Positions 63,613-64,000 of a DNA stretch of 64,000 bases are shown in pieces (the first letter of the stretch is position 1; every line of letters starts with the position of its first letter). Source of the stretch: Deltaproteobacteria bacterium (GTDB lineage Bacteria > Bdellovibrionota_C > UBA2361 > SZUA-149 > JAITKM01); assembly GCA_031278395.1 (NCBI GenBank), contig JAITKM010000018.1, forward strand, positions 973 to 64,972, given 5' to 3'. Made by a program: the position numbers and the translations under genes. The notes under the pieces were generated by a model, which worked only from the letters and a program-made list of their open reading frames with translations, ran no database searches and had not been told where the DNA came from.

Positions 63613-64000
63613 ATGGGGAACGTATTCAATATTGCTAAAAAATTATGTGAAGCAAACGGCTGGGGAGCCTCTAATTTAAAATTACAAAAAACTCTTTATC
63701 TTTCTCAGTTATTATCTATAGGAAAACGCCAAAAACCTTTATTTGACGCCGGATTTGAAGCTTGGATGTATGGTCCTGTATGCCCACCAGTTTATAATGA
63801 ATTTAAAATGTTTGGCTCTAAGCCAGTAGAAGAATGGGCATTTCCTAATATTAAAAACATAACCGATTTGGAAGAAGAAAACGAGTTTATTAAATGGGTA
63901 GTTAGCCTTTTAAGAGAAAAAACATCCTTTAATTTAGTTGCATTAACTCACCGAAAAGGCACAGCATGGGATAAAAGGTTTGTTCCAGGATTAAGAAACT
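63613..64000 (+). CDS. Panacea-domain (DUF4065/SocA/GepA-like) antitoxin, truncated by window end (not in ORF track)
   Basis: Manual translation MGNVFNIAKKL...SNLKLQKTLYLSQ...PLFDAGFEAWMYGPVCPPVYNEFK...LVALTH...W; GAGG RBS. Confidence 0.88.
   Translation, partial: MGNVFNIAKKLCEANGWGASNLKLQKTLYLSQLLSIGKRQKPLFDAGFEAWMYGPVCPPVYNEFKMFGSKPVEEWAFPNIKNITDLEEENEFIKWVVSLLREKTSFNLVALTHRKGTAWDKRFVPGLRN

Larger units (their letters stand above)
50987..64000. mobile_element. Prophage, left arm (excisionase, recombination, immunity and replication modules); continues beyond window
   Basis: tRNA fragment boundary; xis, SSB, RecT, Cas4-like nuclease, CI repressor, helicase, VRR-NUC and P4-type primase; visibly more AT-rich than the backbone. 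Confidence 0.92.

Overview
Low-GC chromosomal window from an anaerobic, Gram-negative bacterium. RpoB/RpoC style and the lolA-rimO and GAF-mreB pairs suggest a deltaproteobacteria-like lineage (inference). Positions 1 to ~51,000 are host backbone: a trimeric electron-bifurcating [FeFe]-hydrogenase (hydC partial, hydB, hydA), kdsB, rpmH (missed by the ORF track), frdC/sdhC-frdA/sdhA with no Fe-S subunit, argH, lolA-rimO, mreB, two DjlA/TerB proteins, surface-glycan enzymes, a 1411-aa internally duplicated membrane protein, a chimeric serS fragment, dapAB, ppdK, rplKAJL-rpoBC, dut and tmRNA. Many canonical operons are broken, and diverse GTAG-footed REP-like hairpins occur in intergenic DNA. From 50,987 to the end is the left arm of a prophage that begins at a 22-nt 5' fragment of tRNA-Leu (cut at the D-loop), with an excisionase but no adjacent integrase. 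The most unusual part is its immunity region. The CI-like repressor has lost both S24 catalytic residues, and there is no cro gene. A double-stem-loop RNA sits in the cro position, and one of its loops is complementary to two sites flanking the cI start codon. A frameshifted DUF6978 plus DUF1828/DUF1829 pair occupies the lambda rexAB position, next to a toxin-antitoxin pair. A second C4/CI-like RNA element precedes a Panacea-domain gene at the right edge. All family assignments are by eye from motifs; no searches were run.
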